Program-made: the position numbers and the translations under genes | Shown: piece after piece, positions 26,320-37,460 of the stretch | Position numbering within the stretch: the first letter of the stretch is position 1 | Layout of the letters: each line of letters begins with the position of its first letter | Source: Azolla caroliniana | Lineage: Eukaryota > Plantae > Polypodiophyta | Direction: 5' to 3' | NCBI GenBank assembly: GCA_043228905.1 | Contig: JBHGNT010000013.1 | Span: 4,402,001 to 4,466,000, forward strand | DNA length: 64,000 nt | Notes under the pieces: model-generated | Told to the model about the DNA's origin: nothing | The model's input: only the letters and a program-made list of their open reading frames with translations | The model's database searches: none

Positions 26320-29300
26320 ATGTCTTCAAAGAGAATCGAGCGCGAGGACTCCAGGTAGGCCTCTGACACTGTGGACATTTTTGTAAATATGTTTCGTTTC
26401 TCAAGAACTCGATACGGCGTATCGAGTTCATGTATACAATACAAATATTTATACACGAACTCGATACGCCGTATCGAGTTCTTGTTTAAAGTGTAGGTTT
26501 TAAACAGGGACTCGATACGCCGTATCGAGTTCGTGTTTAAAGTGTAGGTTTTAAACACGAACTCGATACGGCGTATCGAGTCCCTGTATATAAGAAGGCT
26601 TTGAGAGAGAAAAATCGTTTATAGGGTGGAAATGATATCAAATTGTCTGGCAAAATCAGTCTTTTCTATGTTGACTTTACTTACTTTTAAAGAAATACAT
26701 GCTCTAATTATAGGTGTTTTATGACCTAGTTTAGCTTAAAATAGTAGAAAAGGATCTACAAATTGCCTTTACTATGGCAAATTCTCCTCAATATAGGTTT
26801 AGAATCTATATAAGTCATACCTACTAGTTAAAAGAATATATAACCCGTTTTACTTATTACGATATATATTTTCTAGGTTGAATAGCCCTGCCTATAATAG
26901 ATTTTTGAATATGTTACTGCTCCTGGAAACTGTTCTTCATTATAATATACAACTTCAATCTACGTGACTGTCTAACTTATGTTTTTGCATATACTTTCTT
27001 AAATAGGTCGTTTGAGAACCTGTCAGACCGACCCGTGAAGAAAATTAAGCTTCGCATACAAGGTTCTCCAATCGAAGCCCAGACCAAGGTAGCTCCTGAG
27101 ACCATGAAGAGAGGAAAAAAGCTTCTCTTTAACGAAGAGACAAAATCTCAGCCACATAGTGATGTTAGGCAAAAGAAACTTGTCGCCGCTACTGGAGGCG
27201 AAGACCTTCCTGACCGAGATCTAACGGACAAGGAATGGTGTATGCAATATGTCGACTCAAAGAAAAAAGTCGTATTGTATACAGCAAAAAAGAAGGGTGA
27301 GGGGCAGCTTGGAAAAGAAACCCCATTTATGTATGGCCGTATTCTACGATTTGACTACGAAGATGCAGATTCGGCCAACATACTGGTAATGATAGAGTGC
27401 TCCAAGGGGGTACGTAAAGTGTTCCTTTCAGAAGACCTTTTAGTAAAGGAATCTTGTGGGCCTGAAGTGTTCAAAAAAGCACTTGATAACTCACAAAACC
27501 TGATTGTTACCTTGAGGCCTTATATACAAGGCCATGTAACTCTAAGAGATGAAGAGCCCTCCCCCTTGAAGGCCACAAAAAAGGTATCCAAAGTCCAGTC
27601 TAGACCAGCCAAGAAGAAGACAACGAAAATGTCGGATACGGATTCAACAAGTGAAAATGAAGAAGAGGATAATAAGGGGACGCCAGGAGCCGAGCTGGCC
27701 TCGGGTGTTTTGTCATCCGAGCAGAATAAAATAAGGAGAGAGTTAATGCAACGGAAGCTGGTCAGGAAAGGGCAAGTATTTAATTTGCCTATAACACACA
27801 TCCATCGGCCCCCTATTGATGAAAAAACAGGTCGAAGACCACTTGAGATTAGAGAGCCTAACCGCATGCATGTTCAAAATCTCAAGAAAAAAATGAAAAT
27901 TAATCCTCATGCCACTGTGGTGCCTTTTATTGTTATGGTAGATCCTGAAGAATGTGAAACCATTGAAGATTTTGATATTAGAAAGCATGATCAATATAAT
28001 TATTTTGTCATTGGTGGATCGCATTCAGCAGAGGCACGTCGGCAACTTGTGAGAGAACATCCAACGACTTTCTTCTTCAAGTATGCCGAGTGCAAAATTT
28101 ATGTTGGGCTCACAACCGAAGAGGCTAAGCTATTGGCATGGGACCATAATAATGATAATGACTCTAGGCAGAAAATGTCGTCTATTGAGCGTATACGGTT
28201 CTTCCACCACGAGTATTTAGATGTGAAACAAAAGTTTGGTGTGAAGTTACATCCAGGCCTTCGACGTCAATGCCTGCATGAAGTCAGCATTGTGGTAGAT
28301 GATAATGTTAGGTCCGATGGTCTTCGAAAGTATGAGTCTTGGTTTCAATTGGCGTTTAGAGATGGAGAAGTATGGGACCTCCAAGATCAAATCTTCTCAA
28401 TGTGGGAGAATAAGGAGGTAAAGGGTCAACGACAAAAGAAATGTAGGGTTGACCCTCAACTAGAATTAAAGTCACAAGCCGCCAAGAAAATTGACTTGAC
28501 AATTGAAGAAGCGGCAGACGACATGAAGCTGTCTCTATGGAGAGCGATGCAAGGTATTAAGGACGAGCAGCTTCTTGTGTCGGTTTTGTCAAGGGTTGTG
28601 GCGAAAGATTTAAGCCTTGAAGAAATGGTCACTGAGTTCAATAAGTAAGTCTTTCAAATACTGAAATTGTAGTCTATCTGGTGTAATTCAAAGTTCTAAT
28701 CTTGATTTCTAATTTTACAGTCATAAGGTGTACATGAAGATCCAAGAAGTTATGATGAAACAACTTGGATGTATAACTTGGGAACAAGTGACCGAGGATT
28801 ATCCTCTAACGTCTTCGTATAAGGCGTTATCAGAGTATTTTATTGCATTCAAGGATTGGGTTAGTATTCATGTTTTTTCATTACCCTTTCATCATATGCA
28901 GAGCTTGTATAATAATACCTGATGTCCTATTGCTTCTATTAGAAACCGTGTCGAGGCAAGAAACAAGGAGAAGTTAAGGATATACACGATTTCCCTACAT
29001 CCTTCCTTGCACATCTCGAGCGAGCCAGAAAAGAAAAGGATCGTTGCTTAGTCAAGGCGTACGAAATGGAGGAAGATGGCTCGTTTAAAAATTTTAGCCA
29101 CAAAAAAGATATTACGAGAGATCTTTACTACAATGTGGTTTGCGGTGATGTCATCGACTTGATCCAGAAGGTGCCAAAGAAGGAATATACGCTAATGATT
29201 GCGGATATTCCTTACGGATTTCGAATGGCTGGGTCATCATACGACGATGAACCGTTTAGGTTTAAACAATTGGAGAAGATGGTCAAGGATTTCGCTGAGC

Positions 29301-30232
29301 TAACGACCGCATCCTTGTGGCGAATAGTTGTCTTTCATAGTATGGACCAAGGGTACTCGGTAGCTCAAGCTTTGAGATCTCGTTGCCATGGCATCGAGAA
29401 CCTTGCATGGTAAGGATTATTTATAGGTGTCTTTCATTATATTGCAATTCTTAAGGTTGTTGAATCTATTCTTAACTCGATGAATTATTTTTTATAGGAC
29501 CAAGACCAATGTAAATAGAGGGCCAACTTTTCGGTTCGTTAATGCCATTGAATACATAACGGTTGGCTACTTCGATGAAATTAAAAAACAGAGAATCAAA
29601 GAGCATTCTAATGAAGTGGGAGGTTCAAATCTGTTGGTATATCTAGCAGTGACTCGGAAATTGCGACATGTCACCACGACAGAACGGGGACTTGTCAACC
29701 CATACCAAAAACCTCAACGACTTATGATGCGCTTGATCGAGATGTTTTCTGTCGAAGGAGACTGGATATTAGATCTCTTTTCTGGCACAGGTATTCCTCG
29801 AACTAGGGTAACGATCTTGAGATAACCAATCACTTTTTTTTCGTTTGACAACTAAATCTTCTTGTTACTTACATCATAGGAACTACGTCAGCATGTGCAT
29901 TGAAGCTGTTTAGAAATACAGTTGCATTGGAGAAGGACGAGGACCAAGTTATATTTATTAATATGCGGATTAAGGCTTTGTGGGAGTGCCCAGACCAGGA
30001 TGAGGAGGTCGGTGCAAAGAACCTCGCCAATACAGAAAGGTTTCAACCTGCTTCGCGAGAGCCTATTCCTCCGTTAGCCGGCGAACCGGGGGAGCTAATA
30101 GAGCTTGATGATGAGCTTATAGAAGATATTTTGTTGGCTCGGCTAACAGGGGAAACCAATGCACGTATAGCCGAAGACAGTTCTACACAAGATGATGAAG
30201 AAAATGACGTTGATGAATTGATTGCTATGTAA
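26320..30232 (+). CDS. ParB/Srx-like domain fused to a beta-class N6-adenine/N4-cytosine DNA methyltransferase, 974 aa, 6 exons
   Basis: Exons 26320-26354, 27007-28644, 28721-28859, 28943-29409, 29498-29790 and 29880-30232. All introns are GT-AG and phase-consistent; total 2925 nt with no internal stop. MTase motifs: CGDVIDLI…LMIADIPYG, W-x-K, NPYQKPQRLMMRLIEMFSVEGDWILDLFSGTGTTSACALKLFRNTVALE. ParB-like segment: LPITHI…R…HVQNLKKKM…PFIVMV…YFVIGGSHSAEA…LTTEEAKLLAWDHN. Confidence 0.88.
26405..26583. repeat. Four 25-bp palindromes GAACTCGATACG-S-CGTATCGAGTTC at a 51-52 bp period
   Basis: Starts at 26405, 26457, 26508 and 26559. The 26-27 bp spacers are themselves hairpin-like. Confidence 0.95.
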
Positions 30233-30649
30233 TAGACTCTATAAAGAATATGACACTGACGATTTGTTAAGATTTCACATTATTAATACAAATTTTGGGT
30301 TTTACCTAGTTGATTCTATTCTTTATAATCTTCTATATGTTTCAATTTTATTTTTATATACTTGATTAGTAGATTTATGATATTGGTTTCACCGCGTGCA
30401 TAGCTGACTACCAAACTTATGGAGAAACATGAACTAGCTTAAATGGAGGCTGATTTTGGTCCAAGCTAACCTTAACAGAACATGGCCCTATAATTGTTGC
30501 CATGACTGTCCATGTTGTTATTATGGATCTTTGTCTTATATTGTTAAAACTATTATGTTTCTATTCCATTGCTACTTAGATTGTGTAGTGTGTTGATAAT
30601 GGTTCCAGTTGCGTTATCGTTCGGAGTTTGATCTTGTGTGAATCACCTA

Positions 30650-30915
30650 AGCAATAGAGTAGATCAATTTTAAATACAGGTATGAAAGCCTAATAGGTTT
30701 GTTATTTCCACGACATTATCCTAAAGTTCACTGCCTTACATTGTGCACAATTATATACACATATGGTTTGATCCCATATGAACAAACTGAGGAATAGATT
30801 AGATCAACTTTTAATACAACTATTGAATACTTTAATAAGTTAGTTATTCCAACCACTTATCCTAATGTGCACTATCCTACATTTTCCACAATTACATACA
30901 TGCACGTATGGGTCA
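30650..30915. repeat. Degenerate direct repeat of about 140 bp (2 copies) in the transposon subterminal region
   Basis: AATAGA(G/T)TAGATCAA…TTATCCTAA…CACT…TACATT…CACAATTA at about 30650 and 30790. Confidence 0.6.
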
Positions 30916-31571
30916 AAGTATAAATTATATCTCATTTTATTAGTATGGATACAAGTACACCTCATATTTTTGTAAAACCTACCTAATTAATATAAGTCTT
31001 TAAGTTAGTGTTTCCCTTGTCGCACAATCGTGCCATATTGAGCCATAGTTGAACTTTATTATGCCTACATTAACTTATCAACATGTCTAAACTTGCATGA
31101 TTTCTAATGATCTCCACTCGTAGATCTATCATGTATTTTTATATTTGCAAATTCTTATCAAGTTGAGGAACATGTGATACTAGTGCATCCAATTATTGTA
31201 GAGAGTGTGTATTTGCTTCGTTTTAAGAAGATTCTACAAGTGGAATGCGCAATCCTTCCACTTGTGAACACGAACGTGTTATCGACTGAAGAGCTAGAAG
31301 ATAGTCGGCTTGTGCAAATAGGAATTTGGATATTGCGCAAGGAGTCGGATTGTTAGGAGGACTAAGGACCGACTAGGGAGAGATAAGCCGAATCAGTCAA
31401 TAACAGACTCAGTCGAGGCCAAAAATCAATTGATTTCAATTTGACTGATAACCGACTCGGCTAATAGCCCAATCGGCCGAATCGACTGAAGCCGACTCAG
31501 GGCTATATTTGGAAATAGCCACATTAGCCCTAATGTGCCTATTGTGGGCTATATTTGTAAATAGTCATATA

Positions 31572-32121
31572 TGTGGAGAAACGCGCTGAATATTGCTCGG
31601 CCACAACCGATTCTTCAATAACTTCAATCACAATCAAACACAGAAATGGAAATGGGGAGAGAGCACACGTACACACACGGACAATAGAGAGTACACAAGA
31701 TGTTTACGTGGAAAACCCTAATAGGGGAAAAAACCACAGGAGCCCACAGACTCCAAACTATCACTATATGAAAGGAAGTACAAAGTGGAAACATAGAGGC
31801 AACGACCTCGTGCTTGCGATCTTCGCCAGATGGCGGTTACAACAGAAACTGCTCCTAGCTACTCTCACGCTCTCTCTCTCTACAGCAGTTATGCACATAC
31901 AACAATATGACAACAACACACTTACTTATGACAACTACTTTACAAAGTGATTGCCTTAAGTCATATTTATAATTATATGAACTTAGGGCTATTTACAAAT
32001 ATAGACTTCCCTTCTAGTTCTCCCCGGGTCCAACCGATCCGGTTTTCGGATTTCTTCCGGTTCTCACCAGGTCCTCTTCATTCATCACCAGATCCCATCT
32101 GGAGGGACCAATTTCCCAACA
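31572..32121 (-). mobile_element. Solo LTR, 550 bp
   Basis: TGTGGAGAA…TTTCCCAACA termini; perfect TSD ATATA. Confidence 0.9.
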
Positions 32122-32478
32122 ATATATGAACATGGTTATAAATATTGCTAGGGCAAAAGTGCATTATGATTATCAGTCACGGATAATTATATATATGTAC
32201 AGAGTTGATTAAGTGTGTTGAGAGAGAATGTGAGTGTTGTAGCCGTCTACAAGACGAAGTAGAGCTCAAGATGAAGTATAGTGATTCTGTTTGGAGTTTG
32301 TGGGCTCTCGTGTTTTTTCCCTTTCCAGGTTTTCCACAATAACATCTTGTCTCGCTGTCTGTGGCCTTTCAGTTTTCTATCTTTGTTTTGGCTATCGTCT
32401 TCTCTCATTTTGTATTGGTGAACCGATTGTAGTTGACCTCATTTCGAACAGATGCAATATGGTGTAAACATAAACTTA

Positions 32479-32871
32479 GGGACTAATTCTAAAGCTAATT
32501 TTAATAGTTTAAGGGTAGCACAAAAAGAAAACCAGTTTTCCTAGGACATGGGACACACCCATAACAACCGATGACACATGGGAACATGTGGTGATGATGT
32601 GGATTATGCAAAGAAAGAAAAACATGAAAAGGCCAAGTTTTTCTCGAGACTATGGTCAAGGTTATCACTAGAAGAGAAATAGAAATTTTTGTAAATAACA
32701 AGGGATAAATCAAATGGCATGATCTAGTCTTTGAACTCTAATACATAATTGATGGTCAAGAAACATGTTACCCTTTCTTACTTTGCTTTTGCCCTATGTA
32801 CCTAGCGTTAAATCCTAGTTTCCAAACTATCCAACCCTTAAACCATTAAAACTAGCTTTAGAATTGGTCCT
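32479..32871. mobile_element. Tourist-like MITE
   Basis: Imperfect TIR of about 38 bp, GGACTAATTCTAAAGCTAATTTTAATAGTTTAAGGGT, with its reverse complement at 32834-32871; left flank TTA; a third terminus copy near 22005. Confidence 0.55.
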
Positions 32872-35800
32872 CAAAGGATCAATTCTACCCTTATATGAAG
32901 GGACACACCATACCATGTGCCTAGCCACAATGGCTACCTTATCATAGTTGTCAAACTATCTAGCCTTGGGTTCTTATCTTTATATTTTCTCCCAAGCAAT
33001 GTTTACATCAATACTGAGCTCAAACTGACCATTGTATTAGGGAATGGAATATATTTCCCCAATCTTTTATAAGCTGCCAAGTTTCCATATGTACGTTGAA
33101 GATTTTATTTCCCATTAAATCAATATCCATGGATGTCCCTTTCAATGTGTCTATATATAATTCATAATTGTTTTTAAAACCTTCTTAGTTTATTGCTCTA
33201 ATTCATTCCCTCTATGAAATATAAAGGCCTTTGCTTGAATAATCTAGAGATCCCCATCAAGTATGCCTTATCCCCATGAATGATGATATTTCTCCTTTTC
33301 CTTATGTCAATGGTTGTTATATTTTGATACCACTCTTTTCCAATGTTTTACTTTGGTGTGTATAATTTCATATCAACACCAAAGTCAATGTGTCCAAAAC
33401 ATTATTTATCCATGGATTTAAACAAAGTACATGTATGAACATTTTACTAATAGCTATAAACTAATAAAATTGGGTAAACTAGAGGAACAGAAGGAGAGCG
33501 ATGGTGGGGTTTAGGGTTGAAGGGAGGGTGTCGAACGCAACAGACTCCTTTCTCCTAACGCGAGTCAACATCATAGGAAGCGATGGAGGGGTTTAGGGTT
33601 GCATAGAGCGCCTCGAATGAACCACATCGATGCTGAGTTTCCCTATCCCTACAGTGTCAGGTGTATCTTTTTTATTAGGTTGTAAGATTAATAGTAGAGC
33701 ATTAGAGGGCAAGGGAGCCAAAGGGCAACGGGCTACAAAAGAACATGTTGGCAAAGGAGCCATCCGAGGGCAGTAAACCATCAATGTCATCGATTAAAGT
33801 ACCGGTGGCAAGGGTGCCGACTGTGCGATGGGTGGAGTCGAGGTATGCACTACAAAGGATGATTAATGGTCGGGAGAGGCAACAGGTTGGGAATTTGGAA
33901 TAAAAGGAAGCAAGTGACACAAGGAAAGATGTAGGGAAACATATTAATGGAGGAGCCAGTAGGATATGTAAGGAATTGGTGAATCAGACAGATAAGAGGG
34001 GATGGATGGAAGAGGGGATTAGGGCTCTTTCCAGCAGTACGGCTGCAGCCATCTTCACAGTTGATGGCAGTGAGGATTCGCGAGTGTGGGGAGAATAAGA
34101 TGTTTAGAAAGTAGATGTCCGGAAGCAAGAGGTTAGGGGAGATCATTCCAACCTTGCATTATGGCAAATGGACGAAGAGGGAGTAGAAGAGGGGCAACGG
34201 GGACTGCAAGGAGGATTGCCTCAAGGGCTGGTTATTGTGGAGAGAGAGGCCATGGAGTACACATTGCAAGTGGAAAATCTTTTGCAAGAATGTGGTCAGG
34301 CACATAATGCATACCTAAGAGGAAATCTTGATAAGGATCTGGAAATGATGGAGACTTCTGAGATATTAGATGTTTATTTGTCCGAAGAAGAAAGTACAAT
34401 CCTAAATGCCGAGATCAAAAGATTAAAGAAGTGTTCGTTCATTTGTAAACTACTTGGTGGTAGGCCCAATAGAGGTATGGTCCGTGACATGCTACAAGTA
34501 GCTTTAATGGATAATATGGGGAGAAGATTGGCACAATTTGTCCTTCAAAGGCAACCATGGTAGACAAAATCAGAGAATCCCCTAAGATTAAGGTGCTTGT
34601 GCAAAGTTTGTCCACAGTTCCCTCTCTAATTAGGGTGCATGAGGTGGAGGCAAGATTGATAGATGTGGAAGTGGAATACGAGGGTCTACCTGGCCAATGT
34701 TTTTATTGTAAAAAAAAGGGCCACATTGCTAAGGAATGTCCAAGGAAGATTAATAGTAATGTAAGGGGGGAGAAGGTTACGGGGCCGCTAGCTAAGAAAG
34801 AGAAGATAAGGGAGACAAGATTGAGTACCCTCAATGGGGCTGAGAAGGCGAACATTAGTGCAAATGGTTGGACTTGTGGTTTGGGACGCAAAACTACCTT
34901 ACAACGAGAAGTAAACACAGATACGTCTCAGGTAGATTTGAGAAATCGTTTTGAAGTGTTGCAAGAAGAGGAGCACCTAGCACAGGATCCAAAGAAAACT
35001 ATTGTTGAAGAGGTGGTAGCATGTACACCCGAGGTCCTATTAAAAAGTGCAACACTTAGACTGGAATCTACCATGAGCTCCTGTTCCTCCATTTGGCAAA
35101 AGTGGAAGTATGGGATTGAGAGCAATGAAAGACGGGTTACGTAATGGGAGGTGTCAAGAAAGCTCATCCATCACTCCCGAAACTCAGAAGTTGCAAGCGT
35201 TGGGACAAGGAAGTAAGGAGGCAAATCTTAGAGTTCCAATCAAATTTGTTAAGTCAAAAATATTGGAAGCAGACATGTTGGACAAGGGATATAGGTTTAG
35301 TCAACAGGCTCTCACAAGACTGACTGATTTGTCTCATGGGGAAGCCCTAGGGCTAAGGGTTTATGTAGTTGTTGCTGAACGAAACAAGCTGCTGGCTATA
35401 GGCTTCTGTTTTGATCTAACAAACCTAGAGGTTACAGCCAGTAACATGCCACGGATCACCAACTCTATACAAGTCAAGCCGCACAAATACTTTAACAGCC
35501 TGCCTATCACCTGGAGTGGAGATAATTGGATGTTGATGTGGCTGAATGTTGGAATCATATGTGGGAGTTTCGATAATTCTTGCATTAAAAAGCAACTTCT
35601 ACTATGCTTAGAGGAGACGGTAGACTCCCTTGATGAGGTGTTACACTTCCATGAGGAGGAAATGGAAGAAGCTACAAGGCAAGATGTTGTTTTAGGATGG
35701 GAGAGGATCAAGGTGGGAGGTTGGGCATGGGCTCGTAGGGAGGGACTATGTCCGTCTTGGGAGATTTCACAATTGATCTCATGAAATTAATCACGTGGAA

Positions 35801-36144
35801 CATACAAGGCCTATGTGGCAACAAATGTATGTTGGAGAGGAAGAACCTCAGCCAAGAGTTCAAATCCCCAAGCTTTAAGGGGATCCCAAATATTTTGCTC
35901 TTGCGAGAGCACCATTTGAGTGTGAACAGAATCTTGAGTATTGGCAATCCTCTTGCGGGGGATTGACATACTTTTTGGTTCCCAATGTAGGGTGAGCATG
36001 GTAGAAAAGGAGGTGTTTGTACATCTATCAAGAATAATCCAGATATTATTGTTGTGGGCTAGGGCACCATAGTGGAGGGGTGTGCCATCTATGTGATTGT
36101 CAAATGGTAGCAATCTATCATTGGAATAATAAATGTGTACGAGC

Positions 36145-37335
36145 TGTTGTGAAGATTTTCGGCAACGGTGTGAAAATTGCATGGAATGTACAAAATCAAG
36201 TGTGGTTCTTTACACATAATATTAAACAATAATAATAAAGATATTATTTTATATCTTGGTACGAAAAGATGGATGTCTTCAAGAGCTTCCGAATGCATTT
36301 TACTGCATGTGAAATGGATACCTTAGTGTCAAGTTATGTGAGTGTGAAGTTTGAGAAGAAGAAGAGAAAAACAAAAACTGTGAGATATCCCACATAGATA
36401 GGACAAATCAGGATCCCATAGTATATAAGGAGAGCCAGAACTTATTATATTTTGTCTATGAGTGAAGCACAAAATTGGGCTAAATTGTGGCTTAACTACT
36501 CATAATTGTTTTCGGTGACCAGACGATGACGAAACCGGCGACGAAACCGAAACCGAAACCGGACGGTGATGGAACCAGAACTAGACGAAGACGGCTACGG
36601 AACCGGAACCGGTCGGGGATGGGGATCGAACCGGGACCGGCACCAACACTAGAACCAGACCGGATAGACTGGATCACCGGGTCGGATGCGGACCGGATAG
36701 ACGGATCGATCGGATAGGTTGATCACGACGATTTCATTGGGAAGCGAAAAAAATATCTAGACTAAAAAACCTAGTAAAAGTTTGTATACAAAGGGATGCA
36801 AGCAAGGTTTGAACCTTGCACCTCCAAGATAGAAGGCAATAGACTTACCACCAAGCTTAGTCATTTCCTTAGAAATATTTTTTCTATCATTATACTTTTA
36901 CATGTAAATTCTCATATTAGAGCTTGATTGAGTGACATGGTTATCATGCATCACATGTAATGCATGAGTGCCAAATGGCAAACATGCATTCCATGCATTG
37001 TATGCATGTCTTGTACCCTCACATGCATCATATGCATGGGGGTGTCTATAAAAGAGTGGATGAAGAAGAAAAACAGAGCAAGGTATGAATCAAGAATTTA
37101 ATAAGAAGAAAATTCGTTATCCAATTGATGATATATCTTGTTCTTCAAATCTAATCTCTCTCTCGATTTCAATCTTTCTCAATCTATTTCAAAATTGGAA
37201 TCTTAATCTTAATCTCTCTCTCAATCTATCTTAAATCCTTTCTCGCTAAAGCTAGTGCAAACTTCGAATCCTTCCGATCCAGAACCCCGACGGTTCCGCC
37301 TCACGATCCGCACGTAGTGACGGATCGTCACGACA
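36145..37335 (+). mobile_element. Solo gypsy LTR (1191 bp) in the LINE endonuclease domain
   Basis: TGTTGTGA…TCACGACA termini; flanks GAGC/GTGC; LINE frame INVY|xPNS rejoins. Confidence 0.75.
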
Positions 37336-37460
37336 GTGCCCAATTCGACAGCAATGCGGGCCCTTTTTTGGAGGCAATTGGCTGATGGCCTACCGATTGC
37401 AGATACGTGGATCCTCGTAGGGGATTTTAACATGACTTTGCACATATACGACAAGGTGGG

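Larger units (their letters stand above)
22358..31280. mobile_element. TIR DNA transposon (Sola-like), 8923 bp, carrying a transposase and a ParB-like/DNA methyltransferase gene
   Basis: 36-bp TIRs at 22358-22393 (AACACGTTCGCGTTCACAAGTGGAAGGATCGCGCAT) and 31245-31280, with 2 mismatches. 4-bp TSD ATCG at 22354-22357 and 31281-31284. Confidence 0.93.
22295..32450 (+). mobile_element. Solo LTR (about 0.67 kb net) hosting the DNA transposon and a second solo LTR
   Basis: T(A)TTGAGAAT…TTTCGAACA termini with a perfect 5-bp TSD GATGC (22290-22294 and 32451-32455). Segments 22295-22357, 31281-31571 and 32122-32450. Confidence 0.8.

Noticed and set aside
26405-26583. CRISPR array
   Set aside because: The geometry is similar, but spacers 2 and 3 are nearly identical, repeat orientation flips, there are no cas genes, and it lies in a eukaryotic intron.
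28943-30000. C5-cytosine DNMT or MT-A70/METTL3-type enzyme
   Set aside because: No PC or ENV motifs and no DPPW; the motif order and QKP…GD.ILD.F.G.GTT match the N6_N4_Mtase family.
26320-30232. Bacterial or phage contamination as the source of the MTase
   Set aside because: The gene has five spliceosomal introns and a TATA box, and sits within TIR/TSD boundaries nested in a plant LTR.
36492-36717. Pro/Arg-rich small protein
   Set aside because: Arises from (AACCGG)-like low-complexity repeats in a solo LTR.
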